From: Alphaproteobacteria bacterium
Lineage (GTDB): Bacteria > Pseudomonadota > Alphaproteobacteria > Bin95
Direction of reading: 5' to 3'
DNA length: 64,000 nucleotides
NCBI GenBank assembly: GCA_965205265.1
Contig: CBDBGH010000003.1
Span: 5,312,001 to 5,376,000 of the forward strand
Part shown: one piece after another, positions 33,097 to 42,096 of the stretch
Numbering within the stretch: the first letter of the stretch is position 1
How the letters are laid out: each line of letters starts with the position of its first letter
Notes under the pieces: model-generated
Database searches by the model: none
Seen by the model: the letters and a program-made list of their open reading frames with translations, nothing else
Told to the model about the DNA's origin: nothing
Translations under genes and position numbers: made by a program

Positions 33097-33531
33097 TCAC
33101 TCCCTTCGCGCCTGGCGCAGGCCCGGATAGACCGCCAGGCCGCAGAACCGACCGCAGCGCTCGCAGCGGAACACCCGGGCGGGACGGTCGGGCCCGAAGG
33201 GCCGGGTTCCGGACCGCCCCGCCGGTATGCGCGCCACATCAGGACGCCGGCGCGCGACGGTCAAAGGGTGATGCGTCACTTTCTGCGCGATGGCCCGAAC
33301 TGCCGGCTGCCGCACACGGCGCCGTTCGCGGTAGCGCCGCTGGCGCTCGGCATGCTTGTGACGGCCCCGGCGGCTGTTCTGGTAGCGCTGCCCCGCAAGG
33401 CGCACCGACCGACGCCGCGCCCGCCCGCTGCAACGCGGCGAACAGTAGATATGGCCAGAGTCGCAGCGCCGGCAGAGAACCACCTGGCGGCGGCACAGGG
33501 CGCAGGTGAACAGGCGGGCGGCGTTCCTCAT
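33097..33531 (-). CDS. Cys-rich, basic accessory protein upstream of istA (putative Zn finger)
   Basis: CALC..CRRC..YCSPRC..CERCGRFC, Arg-rich helix; stop is 1 bp before the istA start. Confidence 0.7.
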   Translation of the reverse strand: MRNAARLFTCALCRRQVVLCRRCDSGHIYCSPRCSGRARRRSVRLAGQRYQNSRRGRHKHAERQRRYRERRRVRQPAVRAIAQKVTHHPLTVARRRPDVARIPAGRSGTRPFGPDRPARVFRCERCGRFCGLAVYPGLRQARRE

Positions 33532-33760
33532 CGCGACCGATGAGAACGGGGTGGACCCACGCCCGGACGCGCACGATACTGCGCTTCCGGGCCGCGCCTT
33601 GCATGGCTCGGGGGGTGCGGCGCCGGTCGTTGCCACCAAGCCAACGGGGCCGGCGCCGCATCGTTCTCAGAAGCCCCAGTCTACCCCCTGCCGCAGCCCG
33701 GGAACGGCCAACCCGGTCGCCAGGACGTCGCCGCCCTCCGGGAGGCGAAAATCTCAACGC

Positions 33761-33817
33761 GACGGGGGCCGAGGACTCCGGTCGGGCTACGCCCTCCTTC
33801 CGTCCTCGGCCCCCGTC
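33761..33817. other. long hairpin with the same conserved apical motif as 28131-28189
   Basis: 16-bp perfect stem of different sequence around TCCGGTCGGGCTACGCCCTCCTTCC. Confidence 0.75.
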
Positions 33818-34084
33818 ATAAACCCGGCCGCGCCTGTCTCACGCTGTTTGTCGTGCGCACCACAAAAGCGCGCTACGCCAGCAAATATGCGCCCTTTATG
33901 ATAATCACCGACACCCGGAGGGAAGCCGCCGGAAGAACGGCGCGCGGTCCGCGTCTGTCGCATCCTTGCGGCGCCTGTGTCCTGCCATCGAAAAAAGGAA
34001 GGGCGGCGCAGGAAACGCGCCACCCTTGTCACGACCGGGAACCGGGCCGGCCTCCCGCATGAACGGGAGCCCGGCCCCGTGCGG

Positions 34085-36733
34085 CTACTCCGTCGTCGGC
34101 GTCTGAAGCTCCGTGCCGAAGGCGCCGACCATCCGGTGGGTGCCGCCGTGTTCGGCCTGGAACTTGCCCATGATCGCGGTCGGATGGTTGCTGCCGTCGC
34201 CGCCATTCTCAACCGTGCCGGGCTTGTCGTCATACAGGTTGGCCACCCAGCTCCCGGCCGGCGCCGCCTTGTTGCCGTTGATCGACCACACCGTCTTTTC
34301 CGTGTTGACGATGTGGCCCTTCTGGGCATCGGTGGCCAAGCTGGGGTCGGTGGTCCAGGCCGCCTTGTTCAACGTCACGCTCCAGTCGTTCTTCATCCCG
34401 TTTTTCAGCCTGAAGTCGTGGATCGTGCCGGTCAGGCCCGTGTCGGCGTTCAGGTTGGCGGTCCCGAACTGGGCCTTCAGCGTGGCCGTCGCCGTGAACT
34501 CGCCACCGCCGCCCTTCTCGTTGAGCGGGTCGTTGATGGCGTACCAGCCGATCGCGGGGCCCTCATAGGTCGCCGCCCTGCCTCGGTTGACGTTCAGGCT
34601 CTTGCCGTCCGTGGCGAGATCGACGCCCCCGCCGACGGACTGGTAGAAGGCGCTGACCGCCGCCGGCATGCCGTCGGCGTCGTTCCGCACCCACCAGCCG
34701 AAGTACATGTAGCTGAGGTCCCTTTCCAGCACCTTCGCGCCCGCGTCGTGGACGAAGTACCAGTCGGCGGACATGAAGTAGCCGCCGAACCCGCCTCCTC
34801 CGACCCCGGTCCCGACCGTGCAGGTGCCGCTTGCGGGGCAGAAGTAGTTGCCCGGCGCGCCGTAGTAGGTGCCGGGGACCTTGATCTCCGCGCCCCCGTC
34901 GGCCGGCTTCGGAGCGGTCACGGACCCTATCCCGACGGTCCACTTGTCGAACGTGGCGGATGCGATCGCCCGGTCGACCCCGGTGCCCAGGGTCAGTCTG
35001 CGCGCGTGTTTTGGGCCGCTGTTGCCGGATACGAACGGCTCGTAGGTCCCCTTGTTGATCCAGTCGGTGTCGTCCTTGAAGAACTTCGCGGCATCCATCG
35101 GGACGACACCCCATCTCTCCAGCGGGCCGCCCTGCCGGTCGTTGTACACCCGGACCTTGTCGGTGACCTTCATGCTGCCGGAGCCGGTGGTCCTTTCGTA
35201 GTGCGTGACGTTCCACCGGCCCACCTTGTCCATGGTCGTGTCGTGCCCGGGGCGCCCCTCCGCGCCGTGCCTGAAGTACACGGCGGTGTGGGTGTTCGCA
35301 GTCGCGATGCTCCCCGCGCCGGCCGCGGGGTCGATGCGGAAGTCCCCCCGCTCGCCCCTCTGACCGGTCGCCTCCGCCGGGGCGTCGTGCTGGCTATCGG
35401 TGATACTGGTGATGTAGTACGGGACGGTCGCGAGGTTGTTCAGCGCGTTCACCGGGGCCGTTGTGTCATCGGACGGACCCATCGCCGCGTACAGCGCCCG
35501 GCCCATCCTGTGCCCGTCCATGCGCGCCGTCTTGGCGTCGCCGAAGGCGTCCTCCTGCAGGGCGAGCCTCGTGCGCAGCAACTCCTTGTTGGCCTCGGGG
35601 ATGTTCGCGTCCGCGATCGCCGTCTTGGCCGCCGCGATGGCGGCTTCGACGTCGGTCACGGTGCTTTCCTCGGACAGGGACGTGATCCTGGCGATCGCGT
35701 CCATGACCGCCTTAATCTCGCCGTCCGTGATCGTCGTGACGACGCCGGCGATGCGGGTCTCCTCGGCCTTGGCCGCCATGCGGGAGTCCTTGGCCCGGTC
35801 GAGCGCGCCCTGATGCATGGCAATCTTCGAGCGAAGCTTCGCCTTTTCAGACTCGGGGATGTTTGCGCCCTCGATCTCCGCCTTGGCCGCGTCGATGGCG
35901 GCCTGGGCGTCCGTCACGGTGTCGTCGCCGGACGTGTTCGTGACCATCTTGACCGCCTCCATGGCCGCCGCGACCTGGGTGCCCTCGATGTTCTTGACAA
36001 CATGATCGTGGTAATGGCCCTGCGCCGTCTTGATCTGCCCGTCGTCAGCGTCCGCACGGTCCGCCTGAGCCTGATACCGGTCCTTTTCGTCGTCGGTCAG
36101 ATCCTCGGCGCCCGCGATCGCCGCTTTCAGCTCTCTGAGAGCGGCCATGGCGGCGTCGAGCTGCGCCTTCGTGGGCGTCACGCCCGCAAACGCCGCAAGA
36201 GCCATGTCGAGCTTTCCGGAAGCCCCCGAAAGCGCGTTCATCTGCTCTTTCCGGTCCACGGCTGTCTGGGCACTGGCCAGTTGCGTCCGATACGTCGCCT
36301 TGTTGGCATCGCTCACGTCGCCCGCATCGTCCAGCGCCTCCTTGAGAGCCGCGATGGCCGCCTTGGCCGCGGCGAGCTTGTCCGCGTCCGACAGGTCGGA
36401 CGTGTCGACCTCGGCGAGCGCGTCCATCAGCGCCTTCTTCTGATCCATCTCGCGAGCCATCGTCGCCAGCACCGTCTTGCGCGCCGCAGCCGCCGCCTGA
36501 AGCTTCGCGAGCTCCTCGCCGGAAACGCCGGCCGTTGCATCGGCAACGGCCTTGTCGACCGCAGCGTCCGTCGTGGCCGCCTTGATGGCCGCGTCCGCCT
36601 TCTGGTAGGGCGTCTGCGTCTGCGCCGGCATCTGCGTCGTCGTCGACGGCGAGCTTCCGCCCCCGCCGCAGCCGGCAAGCCCCAGAGCCGTGGCGGCCAT
36701 GACCGCGATCGCCCAATGCTTCACAATTCTCAT
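34085..36733 (-). CDS. 882-aa surface lipoprotein (Ala-rich helical stalk + TbpB-like barrel), copy 1
   Basis: Lipobox LAGC-GGGGS; YFGWW, ATYEGPAIG, FTATATLKAQF, MVGAFG. Confidence 0.9.
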   Translation of the reverse strand: MRIVKHWAIAVMAATALGLAGCGGGGSSPSTTTQMPAQTQTPYQKADAAIKAATTDAAVDKAVADATAGVSGEELAKLQAAAAARKTVLATMAREMDQKKALMDALAEVDTSDLSDADKLAAAKAAIAALKEALDDAGDVSDANKATYRTQLASAQTAVDRKEQMNALSGASGKLDMALAAFAGVTPTKAQLDAAMAALRELKAAIAGAEDLTDDEKDRYQAQADRADADDGQIKTAQGHYHDHVVKNIEGTQVAAAMEAVKMVTNTSGDDTVTDAQAAIDAAKAEIEGANIPESEKAKLRSKIAMHQGALDRAKDSRMAAKAEETRIAGVVTTITDGEIKAVMDAIARITSLSEESTVTDVEAAIAAAKTAIADANIPEANKELLRTRLALQEDAFGDAKTARMDGHRMGRALYAAMGPSDDTTAPVNALNNLATVPYYITSITDSQHDAPAEATGQRGERGDFRIDPAAGAGSIATANTHTAVYFRHGAEGRPGHDTTMDKVGRWNVTHYERTTGSGSMKVTDKVRVYNDRQGGPLERWGVVPMDAAKFFKDDTDWINKGTYEPFVSGNSGPKHARRLTLGTGVDRAIASATFDKWTVGIGSVTAPKPADGGAEIKVPGTYYGAPGNYFCPASGTCTVGTGVGGGGFGGYFMSADWYFVHDAGAKVLERDLSYMYFGWWVRNDADGMPAAVSAFYQSVGGGVDLATDGKSLNVNRGRAATYEGPAIGWYAINDPLNEKGGGGEFTATATLKAQFGTANLNADTGLTGTIHDFRLKNGMKNDWSVTLNKAAWTTDPSLATDAQKGHIVNTEKTVWSINGNKAAPAGSWVANLYDDKPGTVENGGDGSNHPTAIMGKFQAEHGGTHRMVGAFGTELQTPTTE

Positions 36734-36791
36734 GAACCCTTCTCCTTTCAGCAGGAACGCCTCGCCGGTCCCCGATGCAAACTCCGGGCAA

Positions 36792-36819
36792 AGTGTAGGT
36801 GGAACGCAGGGCGTGTCAA
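36792..36819 (-). promoter_or_regulatory. sigma70-type promoter of lipoprotein copy 1
   Basis: TTGACA-N16-TACACT (mirror of 42011-42038). Confidence 0.65.
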
Positions 36820-36897
36820 CAAACTAAAACACTTCATGCGCCGTTCCCTCATGCGAGCCCCAGCGCAGGCGGAGCATAGGCGGACAGGACGGGAGAA

Positions 36898-38055
36898 TCA
36901 ACAACTCCGGAGCTTCCGCTCGACCGCCACCGCCACCCGCTCGGCGGCTTGGCCGAGGGTCGCGTCGTCGAGATGGACATAGCGGTTCGTCGTGCTGGCC
37001 CGGCGGTGTCCGAGCAGGCGTCCTGCGACATGCAGGCTTTCGCCATTCATGACGGCGTGCGAGGCATGCGCATGTCGCAGGTCATGAAGCCGCGCATCCG
37101 CCACGATCCCGGCCGCATCGCGCGTCGTGGTCCAGAAATAGTGGAGTTCGTTGCTGCCCAACGGCCCGTCTCCGCTCCTGCCCGGAAACACACATTCCCC
37201 GGACGCCGATTCGGCGAGGCCGGCCAGCAACGCCCGCGCCGCTTCGCCCAGCAGAACGTGCCTCGGGCCCGTCTTGGTGTCGGGCAGCGCGAGCCGGTCC
37301 GGCTTGACCTCGCACCAGCGCAGGCGGCGAATCTCCCCCGGCCGGCACCCGGTCAGCAGGAGCAGGCGCACCGCCGCGGCGCAGACCGGGTGTTCGGCCT
37401 CGCGCTCGCGCAGCACCGCGCCCAGCTTCGCCAGATCGTCCGCACCCAGCAGCCGCCCGCGCGGCGGACGCCGGTAGCGGACGATGCCCGTGCACGGGTT
37501 CCCGGCGGCCTCGGGCCGATGACCCCACGCGACGGCGCAGTCGAACATGTTGCGAAGGATGTCATGGGCGCGGTTCGCCCCGCCCGGCCTCCGCCGCCCG
37601 TAGTCGTGGAAGAAGCGGGCAATGTCGGCCCGCACGACCGCGCCGACGCGCAGATGGCCGAGCGCGGGCAGGATGGCGCTGTCGAGGTAGCTCAGGGTCG
37701 CCTGCACCGTGGACGGCTTCCAGGACGGGGCGCGCCGCTCGACATATTCCACGGCGAACTTCGCCAGCGTCGGGCCGGAAGCGGGAAGGGGCAGAGAATC
37801 GCCGACGCCCTTCTCGCGGGCGAGGAAGGCGAGCGCCGCAGCGCGCGCCCGGTCGGCCTTTACCGCCTCCGGCCTGCCGAGCGTGACCCGGCACGGCTTG
37901 CCGTCGCGCCGGAAGCGGAACACCCAGGATCGCGCGCCGTTGGGCTGGACGCGCAGCATGAAGCCCTGAAGGGCGGTATCGTGGACGGCGTATTCGCGTT
38001 CGCGCGGACGGGCCGCGAGCGCGAGCGCATCGGTCAGCCGGGCGCGTTCGGTCAT
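36898..38055 (-). CDS. tyrosine integrase A2, full length
   Basis: TGCRPGE, DTKTG, HDLRHA, LGH, TTNRYVH. Confidence 0.94.
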   Translation of the reverse strand: MTERARLTDALALAARPREREYAVHDTALQGFMLRVQPNGARSWVFRFRRDGKPCRVTLGRPEAVKADRARAAALAFLAREKGVGDSLPLPASGPTLAKFAVEYVERRAPSWKPSTVQATLSYLDSAILPALGHLRVGAVVRADIARFFHDYGRRRPGGANRAHDILRNMFDCAVAWGHRPEAAGNPCTGIVRYRRPPRGRLLGADDLAKLGAVLREREAEHPVCAAAVRLLLLTGCRPGEIRRLRWCEVKPDRLALPDTKTGPRHVLLGEAARALLAGLAESASGECVFPGRSGDGPLGSNELHYFWTTTRDAAGIVADARLHDLRHAHASHAVMNGESLHVAGRLLGHRRASTTNRYVHLDDATLGQAAERVAVAVERKLRSC

Positions 38056-39203
38056 CGGTCCGCCTCCCCGCCGTCGAGCATGGCGGCAAGGCCGCGCGAG
38101 ACCCGGTTCGCGGCCTCGAACACGGAGCCCTCGGCAAGGTGCGCATAGCCGAAGGTGGTCTGGATGTCGGCATGGCCGAGCAGCCCGGCGACGATGCGCA
38201 GGCCCTCGCCGCCGCCGACCGCGACCGCCGCATAGCTGTGGCGGAGATCGTGAATGCGCAGCGTCGGCAGACCCGCCGCCGCGCGGACCGCGTTCCATGC
38301 CCTGTCCACCGTCGCAGGGCCGCCGCAGGGAGACGCGAACACCCACGGGCAGTCGTCGCGCCGGGGTTGCGCCGCGAGCACGGCGCGGGCGGGCGATGCG
38401 AGCCGGATCGTGCGCGGACCGGTCTTGCTGTCGGGCAACACAACACGGTCGCCGTGGACATGCTCCCACCTGAGCCGCAGAGCCTCGGACTTGCGCGCGC
38501 CGGTATGGAGCAGGAAGCGCAGCGCGGCGACGGCGACCGGCCATTCCGCTTCCGCGCCGTCGAGCGCCCGCCCAAGCGCGGCGAACTCGTCGTCCGTCAG
38601 GTAGTGCGCCTCGAAGCCGGTCCTGCGCCGCCGCAGCCCCTTGCACGGGTTGGAGTCCTCGCGCCGCAGGCCGAGCGCCTCCGCGTGCTTCATCATCGAC
38701 GACAGCACCGCCAGCGCCCGGTTCGCCGATCCCGCCCGCCTGGCCGACAGATCGTCGAACCAGTTGTGCACATCTTTCGCGCCGATCGAATCGACGCGCC
38801 GACCGCCAAACACGGGCAGGATGAAGCGGTTCATGCCGTCCGCGTGCGCGCGCCGCGTCGCCGGCTTCCAGCGTTCGGCGCAGTCGGCGAGGAACGCCGG
38901 CGCGAACGTCCGCACCGTCGGCACCGTCGCCGGTGCGCCGCCCGTCTCCGCATCGGCGAGCAGCGCTCGCGCCGCGTGCCGCGCATCCTCGACCGTCAGT
39001 TCGTCGAGCGCGCCGAGCGTCCGCCTGACGACGGAGCCGCCCGCGCGCCGGTGCACGATCCATGTCTTGCGCCCTTTCGCCCGCACCCGCAGGCCGAGGC
39101 CCGGCGCGGCGCTGTCCCACAGCACGGCCTCGCGCCCGTCCGCAGCAGCGAAGGCGCGCGCCCGCGCCTCGGTGATCTTCGTCCTCTTCGTTCCGTTCGG
39201 CAT
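38052..39203 (-). CDS. tyrosine integrase A1 (second copy)
   Basis: Same translation as 9109..10260. Confidence 0.95.
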   Translation of the reverse strand: MPNGTKRTKITEARARAFAAADGREAVLWDSAAPGLGLRVRAKGRKTWIVHRRAGGSVVRRTLGALDELTVEDARHAARALLADAETGGAPATVPTVRTFAPAFLADCAERWKPATRRAHADGMNRFILPVFGGRRVDSIGAKDVHNWFDDLSARRAGSANRALAVLSSMMKHAEALGLRREDSNPCKGLRRRRTGFEAHYLTDDEFAALGRALDGAEAEWPVAVAALRFLLHTGARKSEALRLRWEHVHGDRVVLPDSKTGPRTIRLASPARAVLAAQPRRDDCPWVFASPCGGPATVDRAWNAVRAAAGLPTLRIHDLRHSYAAVAVGGGEGLRIVAGLLGHADIQTTFGYAHLAEGSVFEAANRVSRGLAAMLDGGEADR

Positions 39204-39414
39204 CTTCCGACCCCTTCCCTTGTCTGCCGGTCGCAGGAGCCCCCGTTGGGGAACACCCAGGACACGCCGGGGAACGGCGTCGGGTTCGAAGATCGGAAGG
39301 GCCGGAAGTGCCGCACTCAAACGCCGCGCGGGCTGCAAGCCATTGTCAGAACTGGCCTTGCGGCGCTTCGCGGATGCGGGGGCGGAGTGATGATTTCTAC
39401 GCCCTTCGGCGCGT

Positions 39415-39433
39415 GGTTCTCACACCCGACGCA
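39415..39433 (-). repeat. 19-bp att/end motif (copy 2)
   Basis: GGTTCTCACACCCGACGCA is the reverse complement of 8871-8889; homology to copy 1 stops at 39433. Confidence 0.85.
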
Positions 39434-39620
39434 CCCGTGGTGCAGAGAGCGAGACCCGGCCGACCTTCAACGGTCGAGAGTTTTCCGTTGCACGACAAGG
39501 GGTTGGGGCCGGGTCCGGCCTCCGGCCGCGAGCCTGTGCGCAGGCCGCGTTGTCCGTTCGGAAACGCCGTTTCGTTCCCCCGGAACGGGCGGCATCCCAG
39601 GGAACGGATCCGGAGGCCCC

Positions 39621-40751
39621 ATGCGCATCCATGCCACCATCGACGAACGGACGGCCAACAGGCCGTTCGAGCAGCGCCGGAAATCCCGCAACGGCATCAC
39701 CGTCATCGACCGGGATCTGCCCGCCTTCGGCCTCAAGGTCGCGAAAGGCGGGGCAAGGTTCTTCCATGTCCTCGTCGGGGGAAGGACCGTCCGTCTCGGC
39801 TCCCCCGGCGACATGACCGCCGCCGAGGCGAGGGAGAAGGCGCTTGCCGCCATCGCGAAGGCCAGGGACGACAAGGAGGCCGGTCCCCTGTTCACCGACT
39901 TCGCAGCCGAGTTCATGCGCCGCCAGGGGCGGCGCTGGAAGCCGTCCACGAGGACAGGCAACGCCCACCTGATCGACCGCTACCTCGTCCCCTTCTTCGG
40001 TGCGATGCGCGTCCCGCAGATTGGCCGCGCCGACGTGCGGCGCTGGTTCGACGCCATGAGCGGCACGCCCGGCAACGCCAACCGGACCCTGCCGGTGCTC
40101 TCGGTGATGATGCGGCAGGCCGAGTTGTGGGACCTGCGCCCGCAGGGATCCAACCCCTGCCGCAACATGCGCCGCTACCGGACGAAGCCGAGAGAGCGGT
40201 TCCTGTCCGTGGACGAACTCAAGCGCCTCGGCTTCGTGCTCGACCATGCCGGGGACAGGCAGGCCGCCGCCGCAATCCAGCTCCTGCTGTTCACCGGCGC
40301 GCGCTCGTCCGAGATCGCCGGCCTGCAATGGGACTGGATCCGCGATACCCGCGCGGTCCTGCCCGACAGCAAGACCGGGCCGAAGGCAGTCCAGCTTCCG
40401 CCGCCTGCAAGGGCGGTCCTCAACGCCCTGCCGCGCAGGGGGCGCTACGTCTTCCCCAACGGGAGGGGCGACGGGCCGATGACCGACCTCGGCCCGCGCT
40501 GGCGGAAGCTGCGCGGCCTCGCCGGGCTCGACGATGTGCGCCTCCACGACTGCCGCCATACCTTCGCCTCCCACGCCGTGATGAGCGGCCTCGACCTCTA
40601 CACCGTCGGCCGTCTGCTCGGCCATGCCGACACCGCGTCCACCGAACGCTACGCCCATCTCGCCGACGGACATGTCCGCGCCGCCGCCGGGCGCATCTCC
40701 GGCATCGTCCACGATGCCATGACCGGCAGCGGGAAGGAGGACGGACGATGA
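39621..40751 (+). CDS. tyrosine integrase B1
   Basis: GGAGG RBS; TGARSSE, DSKTG, HDCRHT, LGH, STERYAH. Confidence 0.94.
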   Translation: MRIHATIDERTANRPFEQRRKSRNGITVIDRDLPAFGLKVAKGGARFFHVLVGGRTVRLGSPGDMTAAEAREKALAAIAKARDDKEAGPLFTDFAAEFMRRQGRRWKPSTRTGNAHLIDRYLVPFFGAMRVPQIGRADVRRWFDAMSGTPGNANRTLPVLSVMMRQAELWDLRPQGSNPCRNMRRYRTKPRERFLSVDELKRLGFVLDHAGDRQAAAAIQLLLFTGARSSEIAGLQWDWIRDTRAVLPDSKTGPKAVQLPPPARAVLNALPRRGRYVFPNGRGDGPMTDLGPRWRKLRGLAGLDDVRLHDCRHTFASHAVMSGLDLYTVGRLLGHADTASTERYAHLADGHVRAAAGRISGIVHDAMTGSGKEDGR

Positions 40752-41932
40752 GCGGGGGCAGGCGCCGCATCCGGCTGACCGTGAAGGCCATCGCCGCCGC
40801 CAGGCCGACGGAACGGGAATACACCCTCTGGGACAAGCTGCTGGCGCATTTCGGGGTCCGGGTGCAGCCTTCGGGAGTGCGCTCCTACATCGTCCAGACC
40901 CGCGTCAACGGGCGCATGCGCAAGATCACCCTCGGCCGCTTCCCCGAACTCTCCCTCGACGCCGCCCGGCGGGACGGCGCGGCCGCGCTCGCCCGCCTGT
41001 GGGGCGGCGAGGACATGGCGCCGCCGCGCAGGACCAGGGCGCCGCTGTTCCGCGACTTCGCCGCCCGCTACCGCGAACGGCGGAAACACCGCTGGAAGCC
41101 ATCCTCTCTGGAGACCTTCGACATCTACATGCGGAACCGCCTGATGCCGCATTTCGACAGGCTCCGGCTCGACGCCATCGACCATGCCTGTGTCTCGGCA
41201 TGGTTCGACGCCGCCAGCGTCGACCGGCCCGGCGCGGCCAACCGCGCCTTCGAGATCCTCCGCGCCATGCTCGCGACGGCCCGCCAGTGGGGCGACCTCG
41301 GCGAGCATGTCCCCGACGCCTGCGCCAACATCGCCAGGAACCCGCGGCGGCCGGTCGCCCGCCATCTCGACCGTGCGGAGCTCAAACGCCTCGGCGCGGT
41401 GCTGGACCGGCGCCGGGAGGACCACCCCTGGCCGGTTGCGGCCATCCGCCTGCTGACGCTCACCGGAGCGCGACTCTCCGAAATCCTCGACCTCACATGG
41501 GACGAGATCGGGGAACTGGACGAGGACGGCGCCAGCGCCCGGCTGGCCGACACCAAGACGGGCCCGAGGCACGTTCTGCTGGGCGAAGCGGCGCGGGCGT
41601 TGCTGGCCGGCCTCGCCGAATCGGCGTCCGGGGAATGTGTGTTTCCGGGCAGGAGCGGAGACGGGCCGTTGGGCAGCAACGAACTCCACTATTTCTGGAC
41701 CACGACGCGCGATGCGGCCGGGATCGTGGCGGATGCGCGGCTTCATGACCTGCGACATGCGCATGCCTCGCACGCCGTCATGAATGGCGAAAGCCTGCAT
41801 GTCGCAGGACGCCTGCTCGGACACCGCCGGGCCAGCACGACGAACCGCTATGTCCATCTCGACGACGCGACCCTCGGCCAAGCCGCCGAGCGGGTGGCGG
41901 TGGCGGTCGAGCGGAAGCTCCGGAGTTGTTGA
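40748..41932 (+). CDS. tyrosine integrase B2 (shares its C-terminus from DTKTG onward with A2)
   Basis: ATGA overlap with B1; TGARLSE, DTKTG, HDLRHA, TTNRYVH. Confidence 0.94.
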   Translation: MSGGRRRIRLTVKAIAAARPTEREYTLWDKLLAHFGVRVQPSGVRSYIVQTRVNGRMRKITLGRFPELSLDAARRDGAAALARLWGGEDMAPPRRTRAPLFRDFAARYRERRKHRWKPSSLETFDIYMRNRLMPHFDRLRLDAIDHACVSAWFDAASVDRPGAANRAFEILRAMLATARQWGDLGEHVPDACANIARNPRRPVARHLDRAELKRLGAVLDRRREDHPWPVAAIRLLTLTGARLSEILDLTWDEIGELDEDGASARLADTKTGPRHVLLGEAARALLAGLAESASGECVFPGRSGDGPLGSNELHYFWTTTRDAAGIVADARLHDLRHAHASHAVMNGESLHVAGRLLGHRRASTTNRYVHLDDATLGQAAERVAVAVERKLRSC

Positions 41933-42010
41933 TTCTCCCGTCCTGTCCGCCTATGCTCCGCCTGCGCTGGGGCTCGCATGAGGGAACGGCGCATGAAGTG
42001 TTTTAGTTTG

Positions 42011-42038
42011 TTGACACGCCCTGCGTTCCACCTACACT
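42011..42038 (+). promoter_or_regulatory. sigma70-type promoter of lipoprotein copy 2
   Basis: TTGACA-N16-TACACT, AT-rich upstream; AGGAG RBS before ATG at 42097. Confidence 0.65.
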
Positions 42039-42096
42039 TTGCCCGGAGTTTGCATCGGGGACCGGCGAGGCGTTCCTGCTGAAAGGAGAAGGGTTC

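Larger units (their letters stand above)
29828..33913 (-). mobile_element. IS21-family element with two accessory genes (4086 bp)
   Basis: 38-bp imperfect terminal repeats TGT...AAGGGCG..TATTTGCTGGCG at both ends; absent from the sister module at 44746-44876. Confidence 0.82.
33998..37283. repeat. 3286-bp inverted repeat, left arm (right arm 41547-44832)
   Basis: Paired coordinates sum to 78830 throughout; covers the integrase 3' end, promoter, lipoprotein and terminator. Confidence 0.92.

Noticed and set aside
38139-39620. N-terminal extensions on ORF 38139..40751 (also 39308..41932, 8988..11099, 12109..13581, 23841..25295)
   Set aside because: True starts lie downstream at an RBS or ATGA overlap; the extensions overlap other genes
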